DNA of 64,000 nt, taken from the NCBI RefSeq assembly GCF_009914755.1, contig NC_060940.1; one strand, written 5' to 3'. The notes below the pieces were generated by a model. It was not told the DNA's origin, searched no databases, and saw only the letters and a list, made by a program, of their open reading frames with translations. The translations under genes and the position numbers were made by a program. This stretch comes from the human T2T-CHM13v2.0 reference genome, Homo sapiens. Every line of letters starts with the position of its first letter. Position 1 is the first letter of the stretch. Below, piece by piece: positions 1-13,708 of this stretch.

Positions 1-187
1 CCATCTCAGCCTCCCGAGTAGCTGGGACTACAGGTGTGCACCATCACACAGAGATAACTTTTTTTTCTTTAGAGACAGGCTATTGCTATGTTGCCCAGCC
101 TTGTCTCAAACTCCTGGCCTCAAGTGATCTTCCTGCGTCTGCCTCTCAAAGTGCTGGGATTACAGGTGTGAGCTACTTTGCCCCACC
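1..187 (-). mobile_element. AluJ-like SINE, partial (cut by window edge)
   Basis: ctcagcctcccgagtagctgggactacagg...caaagtgctgggattacaggtgtgagc is the Alu reverse complement. Confidence 0.9.
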
Positions 188-443
188 AACATCTATTTTA
201 AAAATAATCTTGAGATCTATAAGCCATTCCTGACCAGAGGTCAGATACTTATCTGTTTCTTTTCTCTTTCTTGAGTAGCACCTCAAACAGGGCTGGATTG
301 TGGGGTGTTCTAAATGCAGGGGTGAGGCAGGTGTACTGGAGGGTTTTACCCCATGTGTGCTTTCCTCTGAGCTCAACAACTGCAGCTAAGAAAGGTGTCT
401 CAGTGGATAATCGCATGATCCACTGCCCTGTGTGGGACCATAG

Positions 444-762
<319 letters not shown>

Positions 763-3079
763 GGGACCACAGTCTTAAGACGCTGGCTCTGCCTTCCTGG
801 GTGCCACAGTTACCATCTTTTGTAAGTCTGTAAACTTCATTGGCCTGGCATTGACTTCCTCTGGGTACATTAGTGGGGACCACACAGTGCTGAGTCACAG
901 TTAGAAGGGGCGTCTGTCTTCACAGTGCGGCATCACTCTTATCCTGGATGCCCTACTCTTTATCATTCCTCCTCCTCTCACTCTCCGTCCCCAGGGCCAC
1001 ACTATCGTTTGGCAGTAATCACATCCAAGCCAATTTTGATCAATAGTTTTGTTCATTTCAAATGGAAATAAGCTCCGTGTTTAGCAGATAAGGAGAGTTA
1101 CACTCAAAATGTGGCACATTTGTACCCCATCCCTTAGGTGGAACATGGCAGGATTCTTCAGGAGGGAAGAGGATGCACTAGGCTTAATGTTTAACATTCT
1201 TTGGATGGCGTCTCCTCCATGCCACCGTTAGCTGTGAGCTCAGCAACTCTGGGAATTGGAACAGTTGCCCCTCCTTGAGACTCTTTACTGCTTGTGACTT
1301 GACACAATGGAAGGGCAGATTTCCACTGAGTCTCTACTCGGTGGCTTCTCAAAGACTTCCACTGAGACTCTGCGCACCTTTATTGGGTTGGCCTGATTCA
1401 AGCCTGCTTGCAGAGGCATTTTCTTTCTTGACTCTGACATGTGGCTCAGTTTGGGAACCCACTTGTTCCCTCTCTGAGATCTTTCCGCCTGCATTTTGGG
1501 CTTTGCGCTTTTTATACCTTACTGTGGCTCCAAGAAGGCCTTTACTGCTGCTTTGGGTTGTTTTGCTGTTGTTTTGTTTTCCACTTAGATGCCCTCCCGG
1601 TCTGGAAGATTTTTGCCTGGTTGGAAAGAGGCACCTTGGCAGGGGAGGAGAGAGGAGAACCTACGGGATTATGTGGAAGTCTTTCCCCGAGGTTCACACC
1701 GAAGCATCTTAGAAGGGTTAGAATCTCTTTCTAAACACTTAGTAAGACACGTTTTCTGAAGTGTCACTACAGAGTCTACCCTGGCAGAAGAAGCCACATC
1801 TTTCCAGATACACCTGCATGAAAAAAACCAAAAGAAGAAGAAGGGGAACCCAGGAAGGATAACACGAGATAGAAAGGCCATCTTGGCATTTGGGGAATAA
1901 AAAGTATAAGGGCATTTTGCTTTTAAATCTAAGAAAGGTATAAAGAGGAGAAATGTTGAAAAGCACCTTGTCTCTGGTTTCTTATGTTTGCCAAATATTA
2001 GCAAGTACCTGAAATGCTCTTCTAGGTGTCTGTCTTGTGTGCCATCTGGCCCATGAGCTGTTTGAGATGGGAGAGTATCTTATCTGTCTTTGCATCCCCA
2101 GCACCAGTAGATTCAACCGAGTAACTTCCACGGTGCTCATCCCAGGGGCAACAGGCCCTGTTGAACAGGCATTCATTTTATGGTACTTGGACCACACTTG
2201 GTGGGGAAAGAGGTACTTCTTGGCCACCACAGGTGTGGTTGCAAGAAATTAGCCTCAGAACTTTGAATGGATTCAAATCAAGCATATCTAGAGCATAGCA
2301 GAAGTGTCATCAATGGTGGAAAACCAGCTTTTCCCCTCTTCCAATCTGAGGAACACCTGGCAAACATTTCCACCTAAATTAGTTCTTGGCTTCACTGGTC
2401 CAGCTTAGTTGAACGGATGTTCTGGGAGGCACTGTAATTTCCTGTTTTGTAGGATCTCATAGGAAATTTTTCATGTGAATTCAACTCTGATCTCTTCATT
2501 ATTGATTATATGCAACTCTTGGTATTGTTTTCTCTTAGCATTCGATCGTATTGATTCAAATGCTGTTTTCATTAACTTCATGGGTGCATATAAGAGATTG
2601 GATGGATTTGAGGATCATAACTTCAGTTTCGCTGACTGCGTATCCACCCCATACTAACTGTGGGACTCTATATAAGTTTGTCTTTTCAAACCTCAGTTTC
2701 CTTGTTTGTCACATGGAGATGATAACACTCCTCTCTCAAAGATATTGTGAAAATTGAATGATGCTGAGCACGTAGATTAGTCAGCGAAGGGTACCCACGA
2801 CCAGTGATATTATGATGGGGCTTGATCCAAGTTGGAATCCGTTACCTTTGCCCAGTACCATTGTTTGCACATGTCTGCTTTTTATGATTATTAGTTAAGA
2901 GTTTATTTTCTTACAGAGGATTAGGCAAAGGGTGATTAAGCATAGGTTATTCAGTTTAAACTAATAAATCTTTTTTTTATAGGCTGACCATCTGTCAGGG
3001 AAGTGGCAGAAGGCATTCCAATAGGACTGAGTTGAATTAAATTGGGAGATAAAAGTAATAACAATGGCTTTCCTCCAAA

Positions 3080-3680
3080 TGATATCTAAAAATCCGCGTA
3101 CTTTTTCCCTAGCGCCATTTTTGCCACTTTAATCCAAACTACCCGCATCTGGACTACAAGCCTCCTAACTGGTCTCCCTCTTTTCCTTGCCTTCAGATCC
3201 AATCTTTTTGTAATAGGTTGATCCTTTTAATATTCAAAACAGGTTACCTTTCCCCATCTTTTCCCCCTCCTGGCCTTCAATAAAAACCCAAACGTAAAAT
3301 AAAAACGGATAACTTGGCCTGTAATCCCAGTTTCATCTGGCCTCTTGCCTTTCTCTCCAACCCCTCTCTCTCTTTCTCTCCAGGCCATCATTCTTAGGGC
3401 TTTCAACACCCTGTCCTCCATGTCATTTCTGTTGCAGCCTTGGAGACGTGTGCCTCTCCTTCTGCCAGAGGATGCCTCCTGTCGTGGTCACTTGGCAAGG
3501 TCCACTCTTATGTCACATCTCGGTTTAGACTCTGCAGAAACGCAATTCCCAACCCCTCCGATAACTACTCTCCACCCCAAAGATCTCACTGTACTAATTG
3601 CAGATTTATTGATGTGGTGCTTGTTAAGTTACTCACCATGGTGTCCCCAGAACCCATGTTAGTGGCATTGCTGAATAAAA
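3080..3680 (+). mobile_element. L2 LINE 3' fragment (degenerate)
   Basis: ctggactacaagcctcctaactggtctccct and an L2-like 3' end (gtgtccccagaacc...tgctgaataa). Confidence 0.6.
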
Positions 3681-3925
3681 GGTGCTTCAAACTACGAAGG
3701 GCTTATAATGTGCATTTTCCCACTTGAGGCTGATGGCATCTTTGTGAGGAAGGCATACAGTGGACAGCCTCAAAGCTATAGGAGAGTAATCTAAAGCCCA
3801 CTCTGGTGAAAACTTGGAAATGTTAAGAATAGGGTTTGAATCCCAGGTGTCTGATGCCAGGCCTAAAGCTCTTTCAACTTGAGTACTGCACGTGCTAGAT
3901 AGTCTCTGTGTACTGTTGTCTAAAA

Positions 3926-4148
3926 CAGGGATTTGCAATCTTTTGGCTTCTCTGGGCCACTTTGGAAGAAGAAGAATTGTCTTGGGCTCTAAATAAAATA
4001 CACAAACACTAACAATAGCTGATGAACTATTAAAAAATCACAGAAAAAGATTATAATGTTTTAAGAAAGTTTATGAATTTGTGTTAGGCTACATTCAAAG
4101 GCATCTTGGGCCACATGTGACCTGTGGGCCATGGGTTGGACAAGCTTG
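3926..4148 (+). mobile_element. MER30 (hAT-Charlie non-autonomous DNA transposon)
   Basis: caggg...aatcttttggcttctctgggccac...gggttggacaagcttg matches the recalled MER30 consensus end to end; 8-bp TSD gtctaaaa / gcctaaaa. Confidence 0.9.
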
Positions 4149-4301
4149 GCCTAAAAACGTATTGTTTGTCTAGGTAGGGTCATGATTCATGAAGCTATTG
4201 AGCAAGCATTTTCATGGCACTCATATCGCCTGTCAGACTTTGTCCCAAGTGCATTGTAAGCTCTTCCTTGCCTAATCTGCACAAAGACCTTGTAAGATAG
4301 G

Positions 4302-4742
4302 GTATTAGTTAGTATCACAAACTGGGTGGCTAAAAATGACAGACATTTATTGCCTCACCATTCTGGGCCAAGGAGCCCAAAGTCAGGGTGTCAGCTGGGT
4401 CATGCTCCCTCTGAAACCTGTAAGGGAATTCTGCCTTGCTTCTTTTGACTCCTGGAGTGATGGCACTCTCTGGCATATTGTGATTGGCAGCTCCATAGCA
4501 CCTCTGTCTGCTTCTACTTTCATGTGGCATTCTCCCTGGCTCTTTTCACATCATCTTCCTTCTGTCTGTGTCTGTCTTTGTGTCCACATTTCTCCTTCTT
4601 ATAAGGACACATCCACCTTACTGACCTCATCTTAATTTGATTCCTTTCTGTAGATTCTTTTTGCAAACAAGGTCACATTACCAGGTACCTGAGGTTAAGG
4701 GTTTATCTGTCTTTTTGAGGGGACATGATTTAACCCCTAGCG
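4302..4742 (-). mobile_element. MLT1 (MLT1B/C-like) MaLR solo LTR
   Basis: cacaaactgggtggct...atttattgcctcaccattctgg...catgctccctctgaa...tctccttcttataaggacac...ggggacatgatttaaccc. Confidence 0.8.
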
Positions 4743-6764
4743 GATACATATCCTATTCCATTTTCACAAATGGGGTCATAGGCTCCATAATAGGACCAAA
4801 GATTCTGAGCTTGCCATTGGCAATGACAAGTTCAAACACAGATCATGCCTCCGAAGTCCATGCTTGGTTTGTGGACCACACAGTTTTCAAACCCTTAAAT
4901 CAAAGTGTGGTCCGTAGATTCAATTAACTTTTAAAAAGTGAAGTAGGGCTCTTTTTCTTGACTCAAAGTGAGCTTAGCCAGGAGAGGCAGATTTTTAAAG
5001 TGCCTGAGCATGCGTATTATTACTAGCTTTGCCTGCTGAAGCAGAAATGTGTTCTTCCCCTGCCCAACTCTATTGCATTGAGAATAAAGTATCTGGCGCT
5101 CTTTTACTAAGATGCAAGCCATTCTTCATTTTAATTGGTGGGGAAAAGTTTATTATAAAATGCTCTTCCCCCAGAATAGTTCCCTAAAGTGGCATATAGT
5201 ATCTGTTTTTTCTTCCTCCTCTTTCTTCCTGGGAATCATTACCAGCCCCGGCTGCTGATTTATAATCACATTCCCAACAAATTTCACTGTTGTTAATGAC
5301 TACTTATTTTCTATACAAATGATTTTTGCTCTCCTTCCTGAGGATAATTAACTAAGAAACTGGTAATAAATTACTGATAATGATCAGTTTCTCAGAGATG
5401 ATTGTCGAATGGTGCCATCTTCCATAGTAACTAGATAAAGTATCTTTAATTGCTGATAACAGAACAGACAAATTGTGGTTCTTTTTTTTGTTGTTGTTGT
5501 TATTGAGATATTCATGAAATCTTCCTCCTGGAAGTCAGGCAGAATAACACCTTTTTTCTCTGTCTCCTGAGGGAGGGGAAAAGGAAGAAACAGTCATGAC
5601 TTACAGACTTCTAGAAATATAGTAAATGTGATCGCTTTTTGAGGTTTCTAATAAGATAGCTGATCTTTCTAAAGCAGAGATCAGAGAAAATCTACTCTGG
5701 GATACATTTCGTTTAGACCAGGGGTCCTTCCTGGTCATGTGTGATTTTTTTTTTTCTCTCAAAATGTCATCTTTCCTATTTGCATCTAAACCTTGGCCTT
5801 CAAATGTGACTTCTTTGAACTCTGGAAAGGAATAGTATTTAATTCACAGTGTTTCTCACGGTTAGGATGCTGACTAAATCCCAGACTGCAAGCGAGGCTG
5901 TGAAAGACCCTTAGCTGGGAAACGTAGAGAAGACCTATGACAATGGATGTACACTGAAAGTCCTTTAATCATAGCCCTTATTATCTATTTTCTTATTGAC
6001 AAGCTCAGACTATTCATCGTAGTAAGAATTGCAGGACCTACTATTAACTTCAGTTCTTTGAAGGATACACATATTTCACATACTGAAGGCTGGTTTACAT
6101 TTAATCCAGTTAAATGTGTCACTTTACTGACATGCCTTGAATATTGTGAGTTTTGGGTATTGCCATCCTTTATTTATAATCTCCATCAGTCTTGTAAACT
6201 TTTGTTTTGTTTTGCTAGATGTCAGCAACTGTCAAAAAAGCTATAGTGTCCGAGATCATTTGAATCATTTTGGCAGTTTAGAAAACAGAGTGGTGCTTAA
6301 AAGAATAGAAATGAGAATTCCAAAGGCAGAGGTCTCAATATCAAATTGTTGGGGGGTATGTAGTGTCTCTTTGGGCTTTTTAGGTTTTGTTATGAGAAGG
6401 GAAGGCACAACCAGCATAGAATTAGAATGTACAAGGTTACAAGGATGTTTACACACTGATTTCTTCAGAATTTCTTCAGTTCCAAGTGAAAAAAGAAATT
6501 TTTTTAAGTTTCAAGTAAGCTCTCCAGGTAGTCACAGGGATGACAAAGATACAAATAAAACACGAATAAACTTTCAAATAAGCTGAAGGAAAAAAGAATT
6601 AAATTATAGAACTGGGAAGCACACGGGGTAGACTTCAGGCGCGGCTGAGTCAGAAGATTTCACGATGTCGCAAGAACTCTGATTCTCTCAGATCTGCTTC
6701 CTCTCTTGGTACCAGGCATCGTTAGGTTTCTTCCACACGTAGTCTTCGAGAAGTTAGCATCCTT

Positions 6765-7052
6765 GGCTGGGTGCAGTGGCTTGCGCCTGTAATCCTAGCA
6801 CTTTGGGAGGCCAAGGTGTGTGGATCACTTGAGGTCAGGAGTTGGAGACCAGCCTGGCCAACATGGCGAAACCCCATCTCTACTAAAAGTACAAAAATTA
6901 GCTGGGCATGGTGGCGGCGCCTGTAATCCCAGGTACTCAAGTGGCTGAGGCAGGAGATTCACTTGAACCCTGGAGGTGGAGGTTGCAGTGAGCTGAGATC
7001 ATGCCACTGCACTCCAGCCTGGGCAACAGAGCAAGACTCTGTCCCCAAAAAA
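6765..7052 (+). mobile_element. AluS (Sx-like)
   Basis: ggctgggtgcagtggc...ggatcacttgaggtcaggag...gcaagactctgtc. Confidence 0.95.
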
Positions 7053-7533
7053 GGGAGGAGGGAAGAGGAGGCGGGGAGGAAAGAGAAGGAAGAGGGGAGG
7101 AAGGAGGAGGAGGAGGGAAGGAGGAGGGGGGGGGAAGGAGGAGGAGGGGAGGTGGGAGGAGGAGGAGGGGAAAAGGGAGGAGGAGGGGAGGAGGGAGGAA
7201 GAGGGGAGGAGGGAGTAGGAGGAGGGAGGAGGAGGAGAGGAGGGAGGAGGAGGAGGGAAAAGGAGGAGGGGAGGAGGGAGGAGGAGGGGTGGAGGAGGAG
7301 GGGAGGAGGGAAGGAGGAGGAGGGGAAAAAGGAGGGGACGAGGGAGGGAGGAGGAGGGAGGAGGAGGAGGGGAGGAGGGAGGAGGAGGAGGGAGGAGGGA
7401 AAAGGAAGTGGGGAGGAGGGAGGAGGAGGGGAAGAGGAAGAGGAGGAGGGGAAGAGGAGGAGGAGAGGAGGGAGGAGGAGGAGGGGAGGAGGAGGATGGG
7501 AGGAGGGGAGGAAGGGAGGAAGGAGGAGGAAAG
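7047..7533 (+). repeat. (GGA/GGAG)n polypurine low-complexity tract
   Basis: About 490 bp with only ~7 pyrimidines on the + strand. Confidence 0.97.
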
Positions 7534-8121
7534 CATTCACTTGAAGATACTGCAGCAAATTGTAGGGAAGGCTTTGATTGGCTAATTTGAGTCATGTGCC
7601 TACTTCTGAGCAAATCCCTAGACGATAGGGCTGGAGTCTTCTGAGTGGCTGGTCTCCAGCCTCATGACCTACAGAGTAAGGTAAGAATGAGGGGAATACA
7701 GCTCTGACTAAATGAAATAGGCAGATGTAGAATGGGGCAAGGGTGGTTTTCCAAAGTAAAAGATTTTAGGTCGATCCTAAAACAAAAGGAAACACAAGCA
7801 CACAGTAGTAGAGAGACCTTCTCATGGACCCTTACGTACTTTGACTACTACCCAGCTCAGTTTGCTCTGCTTACCAGTTCACAGATGCTTTCTTTGGCTG
7901 GCTTTGCTTTTACAGTGGATTTTCTGACACTTTTTGAACATTGTCTAAGAGGGGTGACAGTTTCAAATCCACCCAAGAAGTGGACACCATTCCATACTTT
8001 ATGACTGAATCTAAAATGCTGTTCACTTGTGCCTCCAGCTGAAACATTTTTCTCTTCGCTCTGTTTGGAGTCCCTCTCCCTCCCCTCTCTCTATCTCTCA
8101 CTGTTCTTCATGGTACACTTC

Positions 8122-8570
8122 TTTTTTGGGGGTTGGCGGGGGGACAGAGTCTTACTCTGTCGCCCAGACTGGAGTGTAGTGGCGTGATCTCAGCTCACTG
8201 CAACCTCCGCCTCCCAGGTTCAACAATTCTCTTGCCTCAGCCTTCCAAACAGCTGGGTCTACAGGTGTGTGCCACCAGGCCCGGCTAATTTTTATATTTT
8301 CATTACAGACAAGCCTTCACCATGTTGACCAGGCTGGTCTCCAGTTCATGGCCTCCAATTCGTGGCCTCAAGTGATCTGTTCACCTAGGCCTCCCAAAGT
8401 GCTGGGATTATAGGCGTCTGCCACCATGCCCACCTAATTTTCGTGTTTTCAGTAGAGACGGGGTTTCATGATGTTGACCAAGCTGGTGTTGGACTCCTGA
8501 CCTCAAGTGATCCACCTGCCTCAGCCTCCCAAAGTGCTGGGATTACAGGCATGTGCCACTGTGCCCAGCC
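8122..8570 (-). mobile_element. AluS with a duplicated left monomer (three-arm Alu)
   Basis: Right arm plus two left arms inside one TSD, ttcatgg(t/c)acacttct at 8107-8122 and 8571-8586. Confidence 0.85.
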
Positions 8571-9259
8571 TTCATGGCACACTTCTAATTCTTTCCTTCT
8601 TCATGAGCTTTTTCCAGCATGAGCCAAAATCAATTTCTTCTTCTGCATCCCCACTGAAATTGTTATACTTCATAAAATACTTTGTACCTACTTCAGTTTT
8701 AGTTTCTAAGAATTTATGTCTTTCTTGAGAAACAGAGTACTGTTTTGTGATTCTTGCTTCGGCACTTCACATTGATTAGAACAATGCCTGGCACTAAATA
8801 GATATTTAATTCTGGTGAGTTCTTCCCAGACAAGTCTAAAGGAGGGTGTGAATACTCGGGCAACTCAAGTTATCATCATTTGGGTCTGGCTGTGTTCACT
8901 TATGGGAATACAAGTGTGGGCATTAATAGTTTGGAGGAGCACAGGAGAACAGTGAGCTGACTGCAGAGGAGGAGATGGATTTTGTTTCTCTTGGGGGCCC
9001 CAGGAATTTTGCCTCCTGGACCCATTTTATGTGATAATGGCTCTGCGTTTTGGGTTACAGAGCTCAACTCTCTGAGATTAACACAAAGCAAAGGGCTTCC
9101 CTGTATGTCTATATAGATCTAGCCCAACTCAGGATAAGCAGCTTCTCACTAATTCAGCAAATGTTGTGTAGCATCAGCTATGTGTTGGACACATGTAATG
9201 AGTAAATACATATGTGACTGCTGCCCTCATGGTTGGAGCTTTGCTACTGGGATGGTCTA

Positions 9260-9445
9260 GTCTGGGGCTGCCTCTTATTACCAGCGGCATCTCAGACTAG
9301 TTATTCAACAACTGTGTGCCTAAATTTTCCTGCCTGTAAAATGGGAATAAAGAGATACTTCACAGAGCTATTGTGAAAACTAAAGGATCGTATAATTTTA
9401 CGCTGTCTAACATAAGTAACCATTTAGCAAATGACAGCTATTACT
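9260..9445 (+). mobile_element. MIR
   Basis: ctgtgtgcctaaattttcctgcctgtaaaatgggaataa is the MIR core. Confidence 0.7.
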
Positions 9446-10269
9446 TGTAGCTATTGGCTCATGAAGTCTGCAGGCTGGTAGCACACACATTCATCAAGTG
9501 ATAATATTTAAAATGTAAATTATGACATAATTGATCTGAAGGGGAGGTGCTTGGTGTTAAGAACACTTAAAATAAGGAATTCTGTAAAAGCTTGCCTGGG
9601 AATGTGTAGCTAATATAGCTACAGATAAGACTATTAAAAGATTAGAGCCAAAATGAATAATGTATCCATGTCTGATGATTGATAATAAGGCAGCAGTTGT
9701 GGACAGCTGAGATGGTCCTTTTCCAACCGGGACGTCAGAGCTACTGTGATTATCATGCCAATTACATCTCACATTCTGCCAAGGTGGTTCTTCTCTCTCA
9801 GTGCGTTGGTCATTTCAGAGTGGGAAAAGCCTTCAGCTCAGTGTCCTTCAGGATCCAGTCTACTCTTTAAATTTCTGAGAGTTATTTGGATTTCAGAAGG
9901 ATTTGCCTCTCATCTTCTAGTCATATCCCATTACCAGTCAATTCAGAACATCTATTAGTTCAGCAGGAGAGGAAAGGATGAATTTCCATGCCTCCCACCT
10001 TTGCTTGGTAACAGGTTATGCTTTTAGAAATCACTTCATGACCTACTGCTTCCTGCTGGGACAATAATGTTCTTGTGTGTGGCTAAGCTATGCCCACATT
10101 TTTAAAAGTTGGAACACATCTAGTAAATATACATACCTTTGAAAGTCCTCATTTAAGCTGAATTAGACCAGTGAATAGAGTAATAATGAAAGTATTTGAA
10201 GGAGGGCAACCCCTTTTCTTTAAAAGGAAAGAGAATAACTAATATCAGGAAACCAATCATACCAGTGAA

Positions 10270-10485
10270 TCAGAGCCCAGTTTTGGGGACTGAAAGACTC
10301 AGGGTGAAATTGCTGTGACTCCTTGGGCTAGTCTCTGTAGCTCTCAGAAACTCAGTAATGTCATCTGTAAAATGGAATAATAATGCCCAATTCATGTGTT
10401 TGTAGTGAAGATTGAAGGAGATACTACCTGCAAAGTATTCAGATGTTTGCCTGGTCTATGGTAATTGCCGAATAAATGTTACCTG
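10270..10485 (+). mobile_element. MIR
   Basis: ctcagtaatgtcatctgtaaaatggaataataatgccc...gtgaagattgaa. Confidence 0.7.
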
Positions 10486-12276
10486 TTATCCCAGTGTTGT
10501 GTGCATTGATGGCAATGATAAACAACAATACTTGAGGAATTTTGAGGTTTGATTCATCATTCTTTTACCTTCTGAAATTTGGCATCCTTGGAAAATGGAA
10601 AAAGAAACAAAATTTGTATATTCCTTTTGTTGCAGAAATGGGTAATTATGTGATATACACATACATATGTGTGTACATTTTATACCAAAAATTATATAGA
10701 AAATGTACACACATATAAATACACATACAATTATATGTGGTATGTATGAATGTATTATGTGTAAGATATATATTATAAATATATAATATAGAGTATGTCT
10801 GGCAGTATATTCTGTTTTGTGTTATACATAATATAACAAAATGTATGTTATTAGATTACATAGATTTCTGGTATCTATGTTACAATCTTTTCTAATTAAA
10901 AATTTTTTAAAAAGTATCTAAAGAAAAAGCATCAGCTGCCCCCTGCAAGTTCTCTGAGGACTGGCTTTTATTATTATTTGTTTTGACACTTCAGTGGCAG
11001 CAACTTCCAGTTACAGCCAGAGTCTCAGTATGTAATCCCGTGGAAACGTCCCTAGGTAACAGGATGTGCCCACTGGTCATGGAAGTCAGTTCTGTTAAAC
11101 AGGGAGGATTTTATCTGTCTGAATAAATATTTCTGCAGCTCTTCTCACGCTATGGATTTGAGATGTGAACAGGCAAGAAGGGTCATCACTATAAATCAAT
11201 AGTTTCCATGAAGTTGCCACCGATTTAGAGCAGACAGCAGCTTTTGGGTTGAAATAAAGATCGTGAAGTGCAGACGTAGGCAGCAAATGCTGGGGATAAT
11301 GTGTGGAGTGTATAGGACTATTCAGTGAACGTCTATCAAGGATGGATAGAAAGGAGAATGCTCTTTTTGAGATAAGTTAGCTAATCGATAATTGGCAAGG
11401 GAAACATGGAAATACTTGGTGGAAATTGATGCCACCTACACCAATCCACACAAGTACATGCACCTCAAACCTACCACCCAATATCCAATTGTCACCAAGT
11501 CTATCTAATCACATCTTACTCACCTTTGTGCTACTCACAAGTTGCCATGGAGGTGAGAGTAGACGCGGTGGGGATGGACGATCTCTCTCAGGACAGGATG
11601 ATAGAAAAGGAAGAAAAGAAGATTTGTTTTAAGGATGGGCCACTTCTATGAATGGTTGGAAGAATGGAGGAGAGAAGGACAGCAAAAGGTGATAGGAGAG
11701 GTGGCAGGTGAACCAGGGAGGGACAGTTTCCTAAAGGGTAGAAGGAATTTCATGGAGACAGCAACCCGTGGATGGTGCCAAATCTCATCATGAATTGACA
11801 AGAGTCCTTGGACTTACCTTCCTGGGAGTCGGTTTTATAGATTTTGCACAACTTTGTACCTAAATCATTCCCAACAATTAAGTGTGAGTTCCCAGAGGGC
11901 AGGTACCAGGGTTTATTCATTTTGGAAACCCCAGGGTCTGGCAGACATATTAGGGATGAATAAATGTGTTTTGAAAGTATGAATGAATGAATGAATGGAT
12001 AAATAAGTGCTGGCCTTAACATAACAGTTTAATGTCTGTGCAAAATGAAAATAACAAAGTGTTAAAGAAGTAATTAGAAATTGGCAAAATGGGGCACAAG
12101 AAACCATCTTACATATGTGGTAGCTGTAGGGGTTTAAGAAATAACATCCCTTTATTTCCCTACTGAGTAAGAACCAATGGAGAAAGAAGCTGGGCAGGAA
12201 GGCAAAAGGAAATAAACAATCTTCTTTCATTTAGCCTAATGTTTTTAAGGTTCTGCTCCCATCCCCGTGAAGTGTT

Positions 12277-12510
12277 GGGAATAGGCAAGTCTATAGAGAT
12301 GCGAAGTAGATTAGTAATTGCCTAGGGATGGAGCGTGGACTGCAAATGTGCACGAGGCTTCCCTCCCGGGGTAATAAAAAAAAAGTTCTAAAATTAAATT
12401 GTGGTGATAATGGCACCACTGTGTGAATATACTGAAAGCTACTGAATCGTGTACCCTGAATTAGTGAATTTTATGGTTTATGAACTCTATCTCAATAAAA
12501 CTGGTTTTCT
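12277..12510 (+). mobile_element. L1M (MB/MC/MD-type) 3' end fragment
   Basis: ataggcaagtctatagaga...gttctaaaattaaattgtggtgat...tatctcaataaa. Confidence 0.8.
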
Positions 12511-12662
12511 AAACAAGAAAACAAAAAGGTTTCCGCTTATTAAATAAACCCAAATTTAAAGGTATGGCCGAATGGGCTTGCTTGTACTCTCCTGATTTGT
12601 GCAGACTTGTCCATCAGTCACTGAAAGTGTGGAAATCTTCAGTCCATCCTCTGGCCTCCAGT

Positions 12663-12811
12663 AGACACAGACACACACACACACACACACACACAGACAC
12701 ACACACAAAGGTACACAGACACACACACAGACACACACAGATAAACACACAGACACACAGACACACACAGACTCTCCCTCTCACTCTCGCTCTGTCGCTC
12801 TCTCTCTCACT
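12663..12811 (+). repeat. Compound (CA)n/(CAGA) followed by (CT)n microsatellite
   Basis: Directly visible. Confidence 0.95.
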
Positions 12812-13354
12812 CATGAGTGCTGTAGCTGAGAAAGAAGCCCAGAGTATGCTTTTTCTGCCAGCTGGAGAATTTGACCTAGGGCTAAGTGACTAGCCTGAGT
12901 ACATCCAGGTTCTTTTCCCAAAGGAACCAATTTGATAAACCATTCCTTCTTAGCATGGAGGAATGAGAAGCTGGGGAGAGGCCCAGAATATTATGCTAGA
13001 AAAATTCTTGCACATGGAAACACAGGGAAGGAGGATAAGGGGGTGCCTCCATTCTTATGTCTCATACTTTTTATGTCCAGTAGTGTCTGCATTTCTATCA
13101 TAAATACTCTTTTAAAATCAGGAGTCCTAGACCAGAGAATGTTCCCTGCATTCCATATCAGGTAAGATCCAAGTATACAAAGCCTGTCTCTTTAATTAAT
13201 TTCCTTTCACCCAAATCCTATCCATTGGGCATGATCAATAGTTATAAAACCCATCATTTCCAGTGTTATGGTAATGCGAAAGCTTGATGAAATATGGGTT
13301 TGACCACACAGTAGTCAGAAGTCTAGTTCTTCATGTATTAAAGGATACCATTCC

Positions 13355-13708
<354 letters not shown>

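Larger units (their letters stand above)
6560..7790 (-). mobile_element. Old MLT1 (K-like) LTR interrupted by an AluS and a purine tract
   Basis: gacttcaggcgcggctgagtcag...gatgtc upstream; ctttgattggctaatttgagtcatgtgcc...ggtggttttccaaa downstream. Confidence 0.55.

Noticed and set aside
1275-1734. 145-aa and 97-aa ORFs in unique sequence
   Set aside because: Non-ATG starts, no recognisable domain and no convincing splice context.
6937-7613. Overlapping ~200-aa Pro/Ser/Leu- or Gly/Glu/Arg-rich ORFs on both strands
   Set aside because: They result from the stop-free GGA purine tract plus Alu sequence; not coding evidence.
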